A DNA stretch of 64,000 bases from Camelus dromedarius (taxonomy: Eukaryota). The DNA is taken from positions 87,608,001 through 87,672,000 of the forward strand of contig NC_087436.1 of the NCBI RefSeq assembly GCF_036321535.1. Direction: 5' to 3'. Below, one piece after another: positions 11,038 to 24,068 of the stretch (its first letter is position 1; every line of letters starts with the position of its first letter). Below the pieces are notes generated by a model. It did not search any database. It saw only the letters and a program-made list of their open reading frames with translations, and was not told the origin of the DNA. The position numbers were made by a program, and so were the translations under genes.

Positions 11038-12484
11038 GTCTGTGAGCCCCACTGCGGCCGGGCACTGGAGGGTCGGGGAGGACGGGGTCCTGCCGGTGGG
11101 GCCCGCCGTACGGCCGGCGGGCGGGGACCGGGGCGCGAGGGCGGGCCGGGGCCGAGCTCCGCGGGGCGTGGCGGGGCGGGAGGAGCTGTCCGCCGCCCGG
11201 GATGCTGGCAAAGGCCGGGCGGGACCCCGGGCAGGGGCTTTGGGGAGGGGGAGGGGGAGCGGGCCGCGGCCCTCGGTCTGGCCTGGCTGTCCCTCGGCGG
11301 GTGAGGAGGGGTCGCTGTCCTGCGGGACCGGGAGGCGGCGGTGGCAGCCCGGAGCCTGCGTCAGAACGTGCCGGGGACATGCCCTGCTCCGTGGCCAGCG
11401 AAGATGCGAGTAAAAATAACCTCAACCCCGGAGCCGCGAGCCTCCCCTGACATGGGCCAAGAAATTGTCAGCTGTTGCCTGGGTGTCAGCTTGCGGCCAC
11501 TTCTTGTTTCTGCCATCCCCAAATGCAGACATCCAGGTTTCTCCTCCTGCTTTGGCTTTTGGAGACTTAGTCACCAAGACTAAGACTATATAACTGTCTC
11601 CTATCCAGTTGGTTTAAAATCATTTTTTTTAAATGCTTTATCAAGTATTTCCTGATCTGCATTGGAAACTTGTAACTTAGAATAGTTTAAAAGGCTGTTT
11701 TCTTCCAAAAAGCAAGCCATATATATATATGCATACATATACTTTACACACACATATATATACCTATAGTTACTAGAGTGATTTGTTATAATAAAAATTA
11801 TTTTAATAGTCACTTTCTCTTAACTGTTATTCCCCCCCCCCCAAAAAAAGAAAAAACGTGGTGTAACAGTTTCTTTGAAAAAGTCTCATTCTTCAGCATT
11901 GTTGAAAAAGTAAATAAGAGTTAAGCTGCCAACATTCTGTTTCCAGAAAATCTTTTCTGGAACGATTTCCTTAAGTAAATAACTGCTTTTAGAGACCTAG
12001 TAGATAGATATCACTAGAATAGTCATTCTAAGAGATGTAAGAAATAGAAGGCATGACATCTGCCTTCAAAGCTTAAAGTCAAACTGCCACATGCAGACAA
12101 ATCAGCTGAAGACAGTAGGCATGCTGCAGATCCTAACAATAAAATAAAATCTAAAGGGAGGAGTGAAATTGAAAGGAGACAATGTTTCTTGCAGTTGTTG
12201 AGATTAAAATTGTCCATTGTTGTTTTTTTTTTTCATCTCCATCACCTGTTGATTCTCTTGAGGTTCCACTGAGCTATTCTTGCTTTATACATAGACTGGG
12301 TAATCTGATCCATCCCTCAATCTCCACTTCAGAGTTAGGCATTTATGTCCCCAGCCTGAACTTAACTAAATTTTCCACAAGCATCCCAAACTCAGAAATG
12401 TTCAAAACCGGATTGCGTCATATTCACCATTAAAAGGGCTACAACCATCCATTCACTTGGTTAACCTCACCACAAATTTAGGAG

Positions 12485-12619
12485 TAGGGCCAGCTTAAGG
12501 GAGCTCAGAAGGGACATGCGTTTCGTTTAATGCTCTGTTGTACCAGACCTGATATTTGAACAAAGAGCCCCACATTTTCTTTTTTGCTACAGATCCCACG
12601 AACTATGTAGCAGGTCCTA
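12485..12619 (+). mobile_element. MER45A-like non-autonomous hAT element
   Basis: Termini tagggccagc...gcaggtccta; internal gtttaatgctctg and tttgaacaaagagccccacatttt; imperfect 8-bp TSD tttaggag / cttgggag. Confidence 0.6.
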
Positions 12620-12624
12620 CTTGG

Positions 12625-13400
12625 GAGTCATCTTAGATCCCCCTGTGTCACACTCACCTCCAGTCAATCACGAGGTCCTGTCAGTTCAACCACTTAAGGC
12701 CTCTCCCCGATCTTCATCTGCACTCCAAAGCTCAGTCAAGCCCTCATTTGGACTGTTAGGATCACCTGCTGTTGATATCTTCATCTCTAAACTCTTCTAG
12801 TCCTTTTCATCTCTTTATGGTTTGACTTTGCTATAATGCAAATCTGATTGTATCACTAACCTATTTTAAATCTTCAGTAGTTCTCCATTGCCTTCAGCAT
12901 AACGTCCATCCTTCTTGACGTAGTCCTTTTGTCCACTCATTTACTGGCCCCTAACCACATTTCTCACTTCAGTTTTTGCCCCATTTCTATACTCATCCTC
13001 CTCACCATCCACATAAAACTACCAAAATTAGTCCACACAGAGATGACTTGTGCTCAGAGTTAACATGCCATTCCCTCTGCCTGGAATGCCTTTCTCTGCA
13101 CTTTACTTGGCTAATTCCTACTTATCCCTCAAGATTCAACTGAAACCTCAACTTTTCTTAAAAACCTTCATCTGGTGCCTCTGCTGGCTGAGTAGAGTGG
13201 CATTCCTCTTAGGCACTCTTTCATTACTGTATGCATTGTTCTACTACAGCACTTAGCATGTCGAACTGCAGTTGTTAGTGACCCTGTCTTCCTGCTCTCC
13301 TGGCCTGTAAGTAAGTTCGTTGAGGGTAGGTGCTATGTCATGCTCATCTTGGTAGTCTGCGGTATTTGGCATTTAGTATTGCCTCAATAAATGATAACTG
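12625..13400 (+). mobile_element. L2 LINE 3' region
   Basis: Pyrimidine-rich L2 motifs (ccctctgcctggaatgcc, ttgagggtagg, ctcaataaatg). Confidence 0.65.
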
Positions 13401-15359
13401 CATCAAGTTAAATATAGTCATGTACATGAATTGGCAGGCAAGAGTAGAATTCGTCTGAGGTCTCTTTTATGTAGGCTTACATGTGAACTTTGGGTTAAGA
13501 CTTTTAAAATGCCTATCTGTAAGCACTGTCATAAGCACATAGTGTGTCTAAAAATTAAAGCACACTTCCTTTAAGGTATTTTACTGCCTTTGGCCAAAAA
13601 ACTATCAAAGAGTTGCATATTCAACTCTAACATATCTGCAGTGTCAATGCACCCTCTTAGATTTGTGCCTCATGCAGATACACAACTTGCACAGCTGTAT
13701 TCAGTAACCTGTTTTGTGATAAAAATCTGTTGAGTAGGTTGAATTATCTTCTATGGAGCCTTTCTTACTGCCTTCTGGAGTTTAAACATTTTTATCTGCC
13801 AACCTACTCACAATTACTCCTATCTTTTTCCATTTTCCGTAAGCCCTCAACCAGCCTGTCATCCCTGCAACCATGATAAGATTCCAATTCCCCTCTGCAC
13901 TCATTCTTGGCAGATGACCTTGCCTTTTACATCCCCAGCAAAAAGAATGTTTTCTCTTCTTGATGTGAACTGTTTCAGTGAAGACTGTTCACTTTAAGAC
14001 TATCTTTTCTCCTGTACCTTGTATCACTCTCTTTCCTGCCTCTTAAAGGGCCTTGTTTCCCTCATTATCCTGCCCAACCCTGAGATCATTGATCTTTGCC
14101 CCCCTTGGCATCTTTCCTCTGCCATAAAACATCCAAGTCTTTCCCCGGTTTGGTGGGGACAGGGGGAGAGGAGAGAGAATTACTAACAACAACAACAAAA
14201 CGCACAGTTTTCCTCTGACAGTACGTCATTCTCTAGCTACAGTCATCTCTCTTTCCAATTTTCTCCTTCTGGACTCAAAAATAAATATATACATGCTGGC
14301 ATCTTTAGGGGACTATTTCCTTACCAATTTGCTACTCAGCTCATCTTTGAAAGTCACAGAGGCACTTCTTGACAAATCAAGTTCAGCAACACTGCACATT
14401 CTTAGTTTTCTTGCGTCATTCATTGTATTTCTAATTTTCCACTGTTTCTGCACATTTAAAGTTTTCCAGGACTGCATCTTTGGCTCTTTGTTCTCTTCTC
14501 TCTATACTGATTTTCACAGTAAACTGTGAACTGTCAAATCTGTGTCTCTAGTCCTGACTGATGTAATATCCCAGCCCATCCTTCCTGTTGCCTTTGAGGC
14601 ACGTGGTTGTTTCTCATTCAGCTCAAATGCAGCATGTGTAAAATCTTCTCCCTGCATCAGTCCCCGTGTTTGTGTAGTCACCATTCAGTAAACATGAGGG
14701 ATTTTTTTGAACCTGGCTACAAATTCAGTTAACTCTTTTCTTGAAGTGTATTTTTAATCTCTCCTTTTTCATCCCACCTTAGTTTAAGCCCTCATTACCT
14801 CAAATCTCTGTTACTACGATATCCCCAACAGCCTGCTGGCTGGTGTTCTTCTTTCCCGTGTCTTCTACAAATGCCCACACATCAAGCATCCTGGAACATC
14901 TGTCATCCACGTTCAGAGACCTCTAGTGACTCCCAGATAAACAGATAAAAAGACTAGAATTGGCACCCAGCTGTCCAAAAACTTTCACTGCTTTTCCAAC
15001 TTGATTCTCCCTACATTGCCAGATCTGACCCACCTACTCCTTTTGGTTTCCCCAACAACTCCAAGCCATACTGTCTCTTCTTCCATGAACTACAGAATAT
15101 TGCATTGCTAATTATTTCATGTGCCCAAATCACATTTGTAATACCTAGAGGATAAGGATCTTTTCCTCTATTTCTTTTTCATTCCTATTTATAGTGTTAG
15201 TGTTTAAGCATAAAGTGCTGAATAAATGCCTATTTAATAGGAATTTCCTCAGAGCTCTAAAAAATATGGACGTTGGGCAGTATCCACTTCTACCCATTCC
15301 TTTTGTGTTCAAGATGTGCCATATTATTACCTAAAATGTCGCTCAACCATAGTCTAAAT

Positions 15360-16637
15360 AGGAGGTTCTCAAACTTTTTGATCTCAGGTTCTCTTTGTAC
15401 TCTTAAAAATTTCTGAGGATCCCAAAGAGTTTTTGTTTATGTGGGTTATATCCATTGATATTTACCATGTTAGGAGTTAAAACTGAGAAATTTTTTAAAC
15501 ATGGGAATACACAAGCACACATTCTATTAGCTGTTAGAACAGTGATGTTATCACATATAGTCCTGTAGCCTCTGGAAGCTCCACTGTATAGTTGACTCTT
15601 GAATAGCCCCAGGGTTAGAGGTGCCGAACCACCATGCAGTCGAAAATCCACATATAACTTTTAACTACTGATAGCCTGCTGTCAACCGGAAGCCTTACCA
15701 CATATTTTAGACAATATATGTGTTATATACTGTATTCTTACAATAAAGTAAACTAGAGAAAAGAAGATGTTACTAAGAAAATCATAAGGAAAAGTACTGC
15801 ATTGTATTACGTAAGTTTACTTTGTTTACAAGATGAATTGTGTTAGTACCTACATCAATATTGTCTTATACAAGACACAGTAGATGTTATATATGTTACT
15901 AACACTAGTCATCAAAAATGAAAAGATAATAGGAAAAAGAAGTTCATATTTAATTACAGGTATTCATGCATTGATAACAGAGAAGCAGCAATAGGATTGC
16001 TTTATGGTAGCCTAGTGTAATCAATACCATTGCTTCCCAGTAGCCTAGCCTATACACTAGTGAATGAATCATTACAAAAACTTCATTACAGTCATGTTCA
16101 TGATACAGTATTGGAAACGCTGCATTTTTTAAAATCACTTGCCAGTGATGATAGGCTGACATGTAGTTTCTCCAGTTACCAGAGAGAGGCATACTGTACG
16201 GTAATGTGTCTCTGTGAAAGCAAAGTTATAAAACAGTAAGAAAATGAACATATTACTAATTTTATATTAAATGTCACTCACCTTATGCCTATGTAAGGAT
16301 AGCTAATACCTGCATATATTTTATGCATTCATAGCATACCTAAGTTTTTCTTAATTTTTTCAATATTTCTAGGCTATGCAGATCATCTGCAAGTTTTTTC
16401 AAATTGCATATCTCCCAGAAGTTTTCCAATCTATTTATTGGGAAAAACCCAAGTAAAAGTGGACCTGCACAGTTCAAACCTGTATTGTAAAAGGGTCAAT
16501 TGTACATTCATGAGAGGAGAATAAAAAAGGAAAGTAACATTTTAGTGTTATTTTGAAAATAGTTTTCATCCTCCAGACACCTGAAAGGGTTTGAGAACCC
16601 CTCCAGGGCTCCCCAGCCCGTACTTTGAAAACTGCTG
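15360..16637. mobile_element. Non-autonomous hAT-Charlie element split by a nested Tigger2-derived element
   Basis: Termini aggaggttctcaaa...tttgaaaactgctg with gtcta-type flanks; host sequence resumes at 16505. Confidence 0.6.
15589..16502. mobile_element. Tigger2-derived (MER28-like) Tc1/pogo element
   Basis: Inverted termini tagttgactcttgaa / aaaagggtcaattg, TA on both sides, diagnostic gcagtcgaaaatccacatataacttt. Confidence 0.75.
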
Positions 16638-17081
16638 GTCTAGGATAACATTAGCTTTAGTCAATTGGAGTGATGAATAACAAAATGTGTCAGCCTTTCT
16701 GAATTCTTTTCATGTAATGAGAAAGTATGTGTAATTAAACAAATCACTAGTAAAAACAAGATGACCTACTGTAGAATGTTTGTGTCAACTCTTCCTCCAA
16801 ATGAGCTAGCTGTTCACTTCACTGACAGTAAGACTGTTCAAAGCAGACAGTGGAAATAGGTTATCAAATAGTCATACTGAAGGTTCTTCTCCACCACCCT
16901 TCTCAGCACAGTAATGTTCTTACTCGGAGGCTGCAGCTCATCGTGACTTGACCTAAGGTTTATTAGTGGAAATATATCACTAACCAATTTAGCTCTCTTT
17001 GGTTATCAATTTGTAATTAATAAGTAAATCCATCAAAAAGAGAGGGTGTGGCTCTTCCATTGTGTTGTATTTTGTTTTTAG

Positions 17082-17291
17082 CAAAGTTCCAATGGTCCTG
17101 TAAAGAAGTCCATGCGTGAGAAGGCTGTTGAGAGAAGGAACGTCAATAAAGAGCACAATAGTAACTTTAAAGCTGGATATATTCCAATTGATGAGGATCG
17201 CCTGCATAAAACCGGACTGAGAGGGAGAAAGGGCAATTTAGCCATCTGTGTAATTATCCTTCTGTTTATCCTGGCTGTCATCAATTTAATT
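17082..17291 (+). CDS. SGCB: Beta-sarcoglycan exon 2
   Basis: ttttag| QSSNGPVKKSMREKAVERRNVNKEHNSNFKAGYIPIDEDRLHKTGLRGRKGNLAICVIILLFILAVINLI |gtgagt; 210 nt, includes the start of the TM helix. Confidence 0.98.
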
Positions 17292-17416
17292 GTGAGTATA
17301 TAGTGCAGAATATTCTTTTCTTAATTACCATGGGGAATTTTTCATCTTTTTTTTTAGTGAAATCATGGACTCTGTTTCTATAATTTCTTTTGGGACCCTG
17401 TTTATGCTTTTCTATG

Positions 17417-19465
17417 CAGACAAACCTTGTTTTATTGCACTTAGCTTTATTACATTCTGCAGATACTGCTTTTTCTTTTTTTTTTTTTTTTTACAAATTG
17501 AAGGTCTGTGGCAACCCTGCTGCATTGAGCAAGTCTGTTGGCGCCATTTTTCCAACAGCATTTGCTCACTTTGGTCTCCATGTTACAGTTTGGTAATTCT
17601 CACAATATTTCAAATTTTTTCATTATTGTTATATTTGTTATTGTGATCTTGGATCAGTGATCTTGACTGTTACTATTGTAATTGTTTTTGGTTGCCACTA
17701 ACCACGCCCATATGAGATGAGCAAACTTGATGGATAAATGTATGTTCTGACTGCTCCACCAACTGGCCATTCCCATTATTTTCCCTCTCCTTGGGCCTCC
17801 CTATTCCCTGAGACACGACAATACTGAAATTAGACCAGTTAATAACCCTGCAATGGCCTCTGCGTGTTCGAGTGAAAGGAGGAGTTGCAGGTGTCTCACT
17901 TTAAATCAAAAACTAAAAACGATTAAGCTTAGTGAGGAAGGCATGTGAAAGGTGACAGGCTGAAACCCAGGCCTCTTACACCAAACGTTTAGCTAAGCTG
18001 TGAATGCAAAGGCAACATTCTTAATGGAAGTTAAAAGTACTACTCAAGGGAATAAATGAATGACAGGAAAGCAAATCAGCCTTATTGCTGGTATGGAGAA
18101 AGTTTTAGTGGTCTGGGTAGATCAAACCAGCTACAACAATCCCTTAAGTCAAAACCTGATCCAGAGCAAGGCCCTTCCTCTCTTTAATTCTATGAAGGCT
18201 GAGAGAGATGGGGAAGCTGCAGAAATTTGAAGCTAACAGAGGTTGGTTCCTGAGGTTTAAGAAAAAAAAAAGGCCATCACCATAACATAAAAGTGCCAGG
18301 AGAAGCAGCACATGCTGATGTAGAAGCTGCAGCAAGTTATCCAGACCTAGCTGAGATCATCAATAAGGTGTCTTCACTAAACTACAGATTTTCAGTGCAG
18401 CCAAAACAGCTTTATATTAGAAGAAGATGCCATCTAGGACTTTCATAGGTAGAGAGGAGAAGTCAATGCCTGGCTTCAAAGCTTCAGAGGACAGGTGGAC
18501 TCTTGTTAGGGGCAAGTGCAGTTGGTGACTTTAAGTTGAATCCAGTGCCCATTTACCGTTTAGAAAATCCTAAGGCCCTTAAGAATTATGCTAAGTCTAC
18601 TCTGTCTGTGCTGTCTATAAATATACCAGCAAAGTCTGGATGATAGCATTTCTGTTTACAACATTGTTTATTTTAAACCTACTACTCAGAAAAAAAAATT
18701 TCTTTCAAAATATTATTGCTCGTTGACAATGCATTGGTGACCCAAGAGCTCTGATGGAGATGTACAGTGAGATTAGTGTTTTCATGCGTGCTCACACAAC
18801 ATCATTCTGCAGCCCGTAGATCAAGGAATCATTTCAACTTTCGGGTCTTATTAGTTAAGAAATACATTGTGTAAGGCTACAGCTGCTAGAGATAGTGGAT
18901 CTGGGATAGTGGATCTGATGGATCTGAGCAATCGAAAACCTTCTGGAAAGGATTCTCCATTCTGGATGCCATGAAGAACATGTGTGACTCATGGGAAGAG
19001 GTCAATATATCAATATTAACAAGAGTTTGAAAGGTTGATTGCAACCCTCAGATGACTTTGAGGGGTTCAAGACTTCAGTGGAGGAAGTAACGGCAGATGT
19101 GGGGGAAATAGCAAGAGAGGTAGAATTAGAAATTGAGCCTGAAGATGTGGCTAAATTGCATCAATTTCATGATAAAACTTTAAAGGGTAAGGAGTTGCTT
19201 CTTACAGATGAGCAAAGAAAGTGATTTCTTGAGATGGAATCTACTCCTGGTGGAGATGCTGGGAAGACTATTGAAATGACAACAAAGGATTTAGACTATT
19301 ATGTAAACTTAGTTAATAAAAAAGGATTTGAGAGAATTGATTCCAGTTTTAAAAGAAGTTCTACCATGGGTAAAATGCTATCAAACAGCATTGCATGCCA
19401 CAGAGAAATTGTTCATGAAAAGAAGAGTCACTCGATGCTGCAAACTTCATTGTTTTATGTCTTAC
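17417..19465 (+). mobile_element. Tigger1 DNA transposon, near full length, 3'-truncated, transposase disabled
   Basis: 5' end resembles Tigger1 (cagacaaaccttgttttattgc...gaaggtctgtggcaaccctgc). ORF fragments DDFEGFKTSVEEVTADV and MESTPG...GFERIDSSFKRSSTMGKMLSNSIAC are Tigger1-transposase-like and separated by stops. Confidence 0.9.
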
Positions 19466-20164
19466 TGAATTTTAATGAACATTTTCCATATGAAAACCTA
19501 GTATGCTAATATTGCCATGTATTAGTTTTATTTAGAAAAATTGTTCACAGATTCTTTCCTCTAAAAGACTTAACTTTTAAAAGGGTAGAGTCACTCAATA
19601 GAAGAGACCTTTTTGCCAAGATGATTTTATTGCCTTCACCTCTCCTAAAAATATAATCCTTCCTGATTTCATTCAACTTTTCCCAAATTTACTCTTGACT
19701 CCTCCGCTCAACTTTAAAACTGTAAACCTTGGATGGCGGTAAAGGGTTATATATTGTAGTCTTAAATCTGTTGTCAAAGAGTGAAAGGATCTGGGGTAGA
19801 CTGGTTTACACTAAGGTGCGAGGGCCTGGTGGGCTGCCTTTTCCAAAGACACTTGATTTCTTAAAGAAGAAGACATTTAATCCAAGGTTGTAACTACTGA
19901 GGGTTAAATTTGAGCCAGTCTGGCACTGTGGGTAGGTATTTTCAGAGAGTGACTATTGGTGTACCTAAGACTGAGCGTGAATGTGGATACAGCAATTCTA
20001 AAGTGATTCCACTTACTGTATTTTTTACTTCTAATACTCTCAAACCAGTCCTTTGAATTTTATGTACATCCAAAACATTTGTGTCTAATTCACTTAAATC
20101 AAAAAGAGCTGATATTGCAGATAACTTTACTAGGAGCCATGTTCTGAATTTATTTTATCGGAAA

Positions 20165-22460
20165 GTTATGGTTAAGATGGCAAAACGAAGACATTTTCAT
20201 CCCCCTCCTCTCTAAAAACTCATCCTAAGGTGACAATGTCAAGAAACAGAAATATCTTGGAAGAAAGTTGGAGGCAACCAAAATCCTACACCATAATATA
20301 TGCAGACAAAAAGGAGGAGGAGGAATGGCAAATAACTTACCAGGGAAGAGGAACTGCGTGTTGGGGAGGGGTTTGCAGGGTGCGTTGGTGGAAATGCCTT
20401 GCAGAATCCTGAAAAGCCTCAGGAACTGGAAGTACAAGTCCCTTGAAAAGCAGGAGTGAGTTGGGAACTGAGAACAGAGAGCTTGTTTGAAAAATCCGTG
20501 GAAGGAGCCTGAGATCCTCAGCCTCCCTCCCCTTCCAGCCAGCAGTCAGGCAGCTGGTAACCCCACACCAAACCAGAGGAAACTCCTTCTGGCTGAGGAC
20601 GTTGCCCAGAGAGGTAGGGATGGGTTTCCACACTGAAAGCAGGAAGTCTGAATTCTGAATCCTGAACATTGAGGCCCCATTAGCCTCATCCTCCACCTCC
20701 AGCTCCCTGGCACCAGTCTTGTATCTTCTGGGCAAGAGATAAAATAGCCTTCTCGGCAGAAACTGAAGAACACAAAGACAAGACCTGAAGATATTGACAA
20801 TTGACAGGTCCCCGTGAAAAAGCCACCTAATCTCCCCACTGTGAAGGCTGTCAGTCATAAGCCCCATTCCACACAGAACTTTCTATGGATTTTTTTATAA
20901 CCACTCTGTTAAATATGAACATGGAGCCTCCAGGGATTAATAGATTTTTATGGAAAGCTCCCAGAATTGGGAAATGACTGAGACCAAAAATACCCAAACC
21001 ATGGGGAAAGTGGGATTCAGGGAAATGGAGAAAACGCAGCAAATGACAGGAAACTTTAAAACAAACAAACACACACCAAAGTCAGTATCTTCAGAGAAGG
21101 AAGAGGATATTGCAGCCATTAAACAAGGATAGCATGCCATTAAAGAGGAACAATTAAAGAATATGGAAGAACTCATAGAAATACACACACATGGATGGAT
21201 GGATGCATAGATACATAGATATTGGAAGATAAAACCACTATGTTCAACAAAATTAAAGAATCAATCCTGGAACTGTAACATTCTGTTAATAGGAGTTTTA
21301 GAAAGAGAACACACTGGGGGAAAAGTTATCAAATAAATAAATCAAGAAAGCTTCCTAGAACAGGTTGAAAACTACCACTCTGGGTCCAGCGTATGCATAA
21401 GAAAGACTCATACCAAGGCTATCACTGTGAAACTTAAAAGACAGGAATAAAGAGAAGATTCTAAAGTCTTCCAGAAACGAAAAAACAGGCTATGTATAAA
21501 GAATATAAAATCAGAGTGGCATCAGACCTCTCAAAAACAGTGCTGGAAACTAGACGGCAAGAAAGCCAGGGCCTTCAAAATTCAGAGAGAAAATAACTTC
21601 AAATCTAGAAATGTGTACTAAACTATCAGTCAAATGTGAGGGACTATAGAGACATTTTTTTTAGCCATGCACACTCTCAAAAATATTTACTTCACATACA
21701 TTCTTTCTAAGGAAGCCATGGAAAGTACTAAACCAAGAAAGTTGAAGCCAAGGATACAGGAAACTGAGTATCCAGCACAGGAGATAGACAAAAGGAAGTT
21801 CCAGCCTGAAAGTGAAGGGAAAGTTCATGATCACAGCTGTGCAGCGGACCCAGGGGTGAGAGCCCAGATAGGAGCAAGAAGATGGGGTTTCCAGAGAGAC
21901 TTCCTAGAAAGAAAAGTAGAACTAATAAATTTTCTGGGAGGTTTGGGCTTTTAGAACATTTTATTGAGAGACATTTTACAGAAATGTTGGAGATTTTGAG
22001 AAGATTTAGTCTGATTTTCAAAGAAACTATGCAAATGAAAGAAAAGTAAACATTAAACTCAGAAAGACACAAAGTACAAGAAAGGAATTGCCATCGTAGT
22101 ACAGTATTTGACTTCGAAGTGAACAGTATTTATATCGTCATAATGCTGAAAATGGATTTAACCAGAACTTGAGATTGGAGTTGGGGAAGAAGAAATATAA
22201 ATGAGCTAAAATTCTCTTTTGCTAAAACAGGAAGGTAATAGATAGAACCTAAAATTGGTCAGTGAAGGAATACTATACACATACTATTTAGTAATATGAA
22301 GATAAATTCTAGACAAAATAGCCAAAATTGTTGAAAGTGGTTGTTCCTGGACGAGATATAGAAGAGGTAGAAGAAATAGAAACTGCTCTTTTTAAATTAC
22401 AGACCCTTTAGCACTGTTTTACTCTTAGCTATTTGCGAGTAAAACCATGATAAAAGTGAA
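20165..22460 (+). mobile_element. HAL1-like (ORF1-only L1 relative) ancient element
   Basis: L1-type 5' start (aagatggc), degraded ORF1 (aatcagagtggcatcagacctctc...gccttcaaaattcagagagaaaat), then directly a HAL1-like 3' end with no ORF2. Confidence 0.55.
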
Positions 22461-22599
22461 ATTGGTTTTGTTTATAAGTGGAAAACCAGTTGTTGTGTTC
22501 ATCTCACTGATGAAACATTTTGGGGAGTTTAATCCTTTGACAATTATCTTTTCTGTTTGTTTTCCAATTATGTTAAATGTGTGCTTGATTTCTTTTTAG

Positions 22600-22785
22600 A
22601 TAACACTTGTCATCTGGGCTGTGATTCGCATTGGACCAAATGGCTGTGACAGCATGGAGTTTCATGACAGTGGTCTGCTTCGGTTTAAGCAAGTGTCTGA
22701 CATGGGAGTTATACATCCTCTTTATAAGAGCACAGTAGGAGGAAGGCGAAACGAAAATCTGGTCATCACTGGCAACAACCAGCCT
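22600..22785 (+). CDS. SGCB: Beta-sarcoglycan exon 3
   Basis: tttag| ITLVIWAVIRIGPNGCDSMEFHDSGLLRFKQVSDMGVIHPLYKSTVGGRRNENLVITGNNQP |gtaagt; 186 nt. Confidence 0.98.
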
Positions 22786-23430
22786 GTAAGTGACCAGGCT
22801 GTAAGAGAAAAAGTCTTTGTAAAAATCTAGCGTTGATTATTGGAAGTGGATATTTTCCTTTAGAGAAAATTCATAAATATATTTGATAATGTTGTTGGTC
22901 TTCTAATCTATTAGTGTTAGATATTTTCTTAACATTCTAGATTTTGTTCCATGGTAGCATTTTCTGTGATAGATATAATTACTGTAAGAATACATGATTT
23001 ACTCTTTTCTGAGTAAACTTCTGAGTTTCTAATGGAGGAAACCTTCCCAGGTTAGAATACCCTCTGCTTTCTGGGATTCTGGAAGAGAATACGCCAGTCT
23101 AGTCAGTGACAGCCCCCGCCATGTGGCTACTGTAACATCGGTTTTCAACTGACCAGAACCTCAAGGAGGCATCCTCACCACTCCTGCCCACTTTAGGCCT
23201 GGTCCCTGTGCTCTGCGACCGTCTAGTTCTGCTGAGCACCATAGCAAATAAGTACGTAAGCCCCCGTTTTAAAGAACTCTTCTCCCAAGAGAATGGAGAC
23301 TGTCAGAGAGAGGTAGTTAAAATTATTTGAAGTTAGTCTGTTTTTATAGAACTTTTTAAATAATGTTCTTGGTGAATTTTGGATACAGTCTTCTTCAAAA
23401 ACATATTCATGATAAAGTGTCTTTCTGAAG

Positions 23431-23622
23431 ATTGTTTTTCAGCAAGGGACAACAAAGCTCAGTGTAGAAAAGAACAAGACTTCTATTACAAGCGACATTG
23501 GTATGCAGTTTTTCGACCCAAGGACTCAAAATATCTTATTCAGCACAGACTATGAAACTCATGAGTTTCACTTGCCAAGTGGAGTGAAAAGTTTGAATGT
23601 TCAGAAAGCATCTACTGAAAGG
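23431..23622 (+). CDS. SGCB: Beta-sarcoglycan exon 4
   Basis: ctgaag| IVFQQGTTKLSVEKNKTSITSDIGMQFFDPRTQNILFSTDYETHEFHLPSGVKSLNVQKASTER |gtatga; 192 nt. Confidence 0.97.
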
Positions 23623-23936
23623 GTATGATCTATTTTGTTTGTTTTATTAATGAAAGAGGACAATTGTCTAAAGTTACAAAGTATAGGGGGGTAGTTTTAC
23701 TAATATAATGCTGTGAAAGAAAGAACTCCAGAACTGTGGAAGGGATTAGTTCTAGATTTGTCACTAACTACTATATGTGATCATTACCAAATCACCTCTA
23801 TTTCAACATCTATAAAACATGAATGAAAACACTTGCCTCTCATATGTTGTGGTTGAAACTCCTGTTCCTCTATCTCTATAGTAATTATCACTTTAACTTA
23901 GAAACTCTTCATCACTACTTTTTTTTCAATTTTCAG

Positions 23937-24068
23937 ATTACCAGCAATGCTACTAGTGATTTAAACATAAAAGTTGATGGCCGTGCTATTGTGCGAGGAA
24001 ATGAAGGAGTATTCATTATGGGCAAAACCATTGAATTTCACATGGGTGGTAATATGGAGTTAAAGGCT
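23937..24068 (+). CDS. SGCB: Beta-sarcoglycan exon 5
   Basis: tttcag| ITSNATSDLNIKVDGRAIVRGNEGVFIMGKTIEFHMGGNMELKA |gtgagt; 132 nt. Confidence 0.98.

Larger units (their letters stand above)
10640..11460. promoter_or_regulatory. CpG island / SGCB promoter and exon 1
   Basis: Very high GC and CpG content. CACGTG E-boxes near 10602 and 10654, tandem NRF1-like GCGCAGGCGC at 10914-10929, YY1-like AAGATGGCGGC over the start codon. Confidence 0.85.

Noticed and set aside
10538..11583. Several long Pro/Arg/Gly/Ala-rich ORFs (up to 295 aa)
   Set aside because: Stop-poor CpG-island artefacts; only 10993-11037 has SGCB identity and a splice donor.
19039..19509. TIGD1-like transposase ORFs as a domesticated gene
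   Set aside because: Broken by stops and frameshifts inside an ordinary Tigger1 copy.
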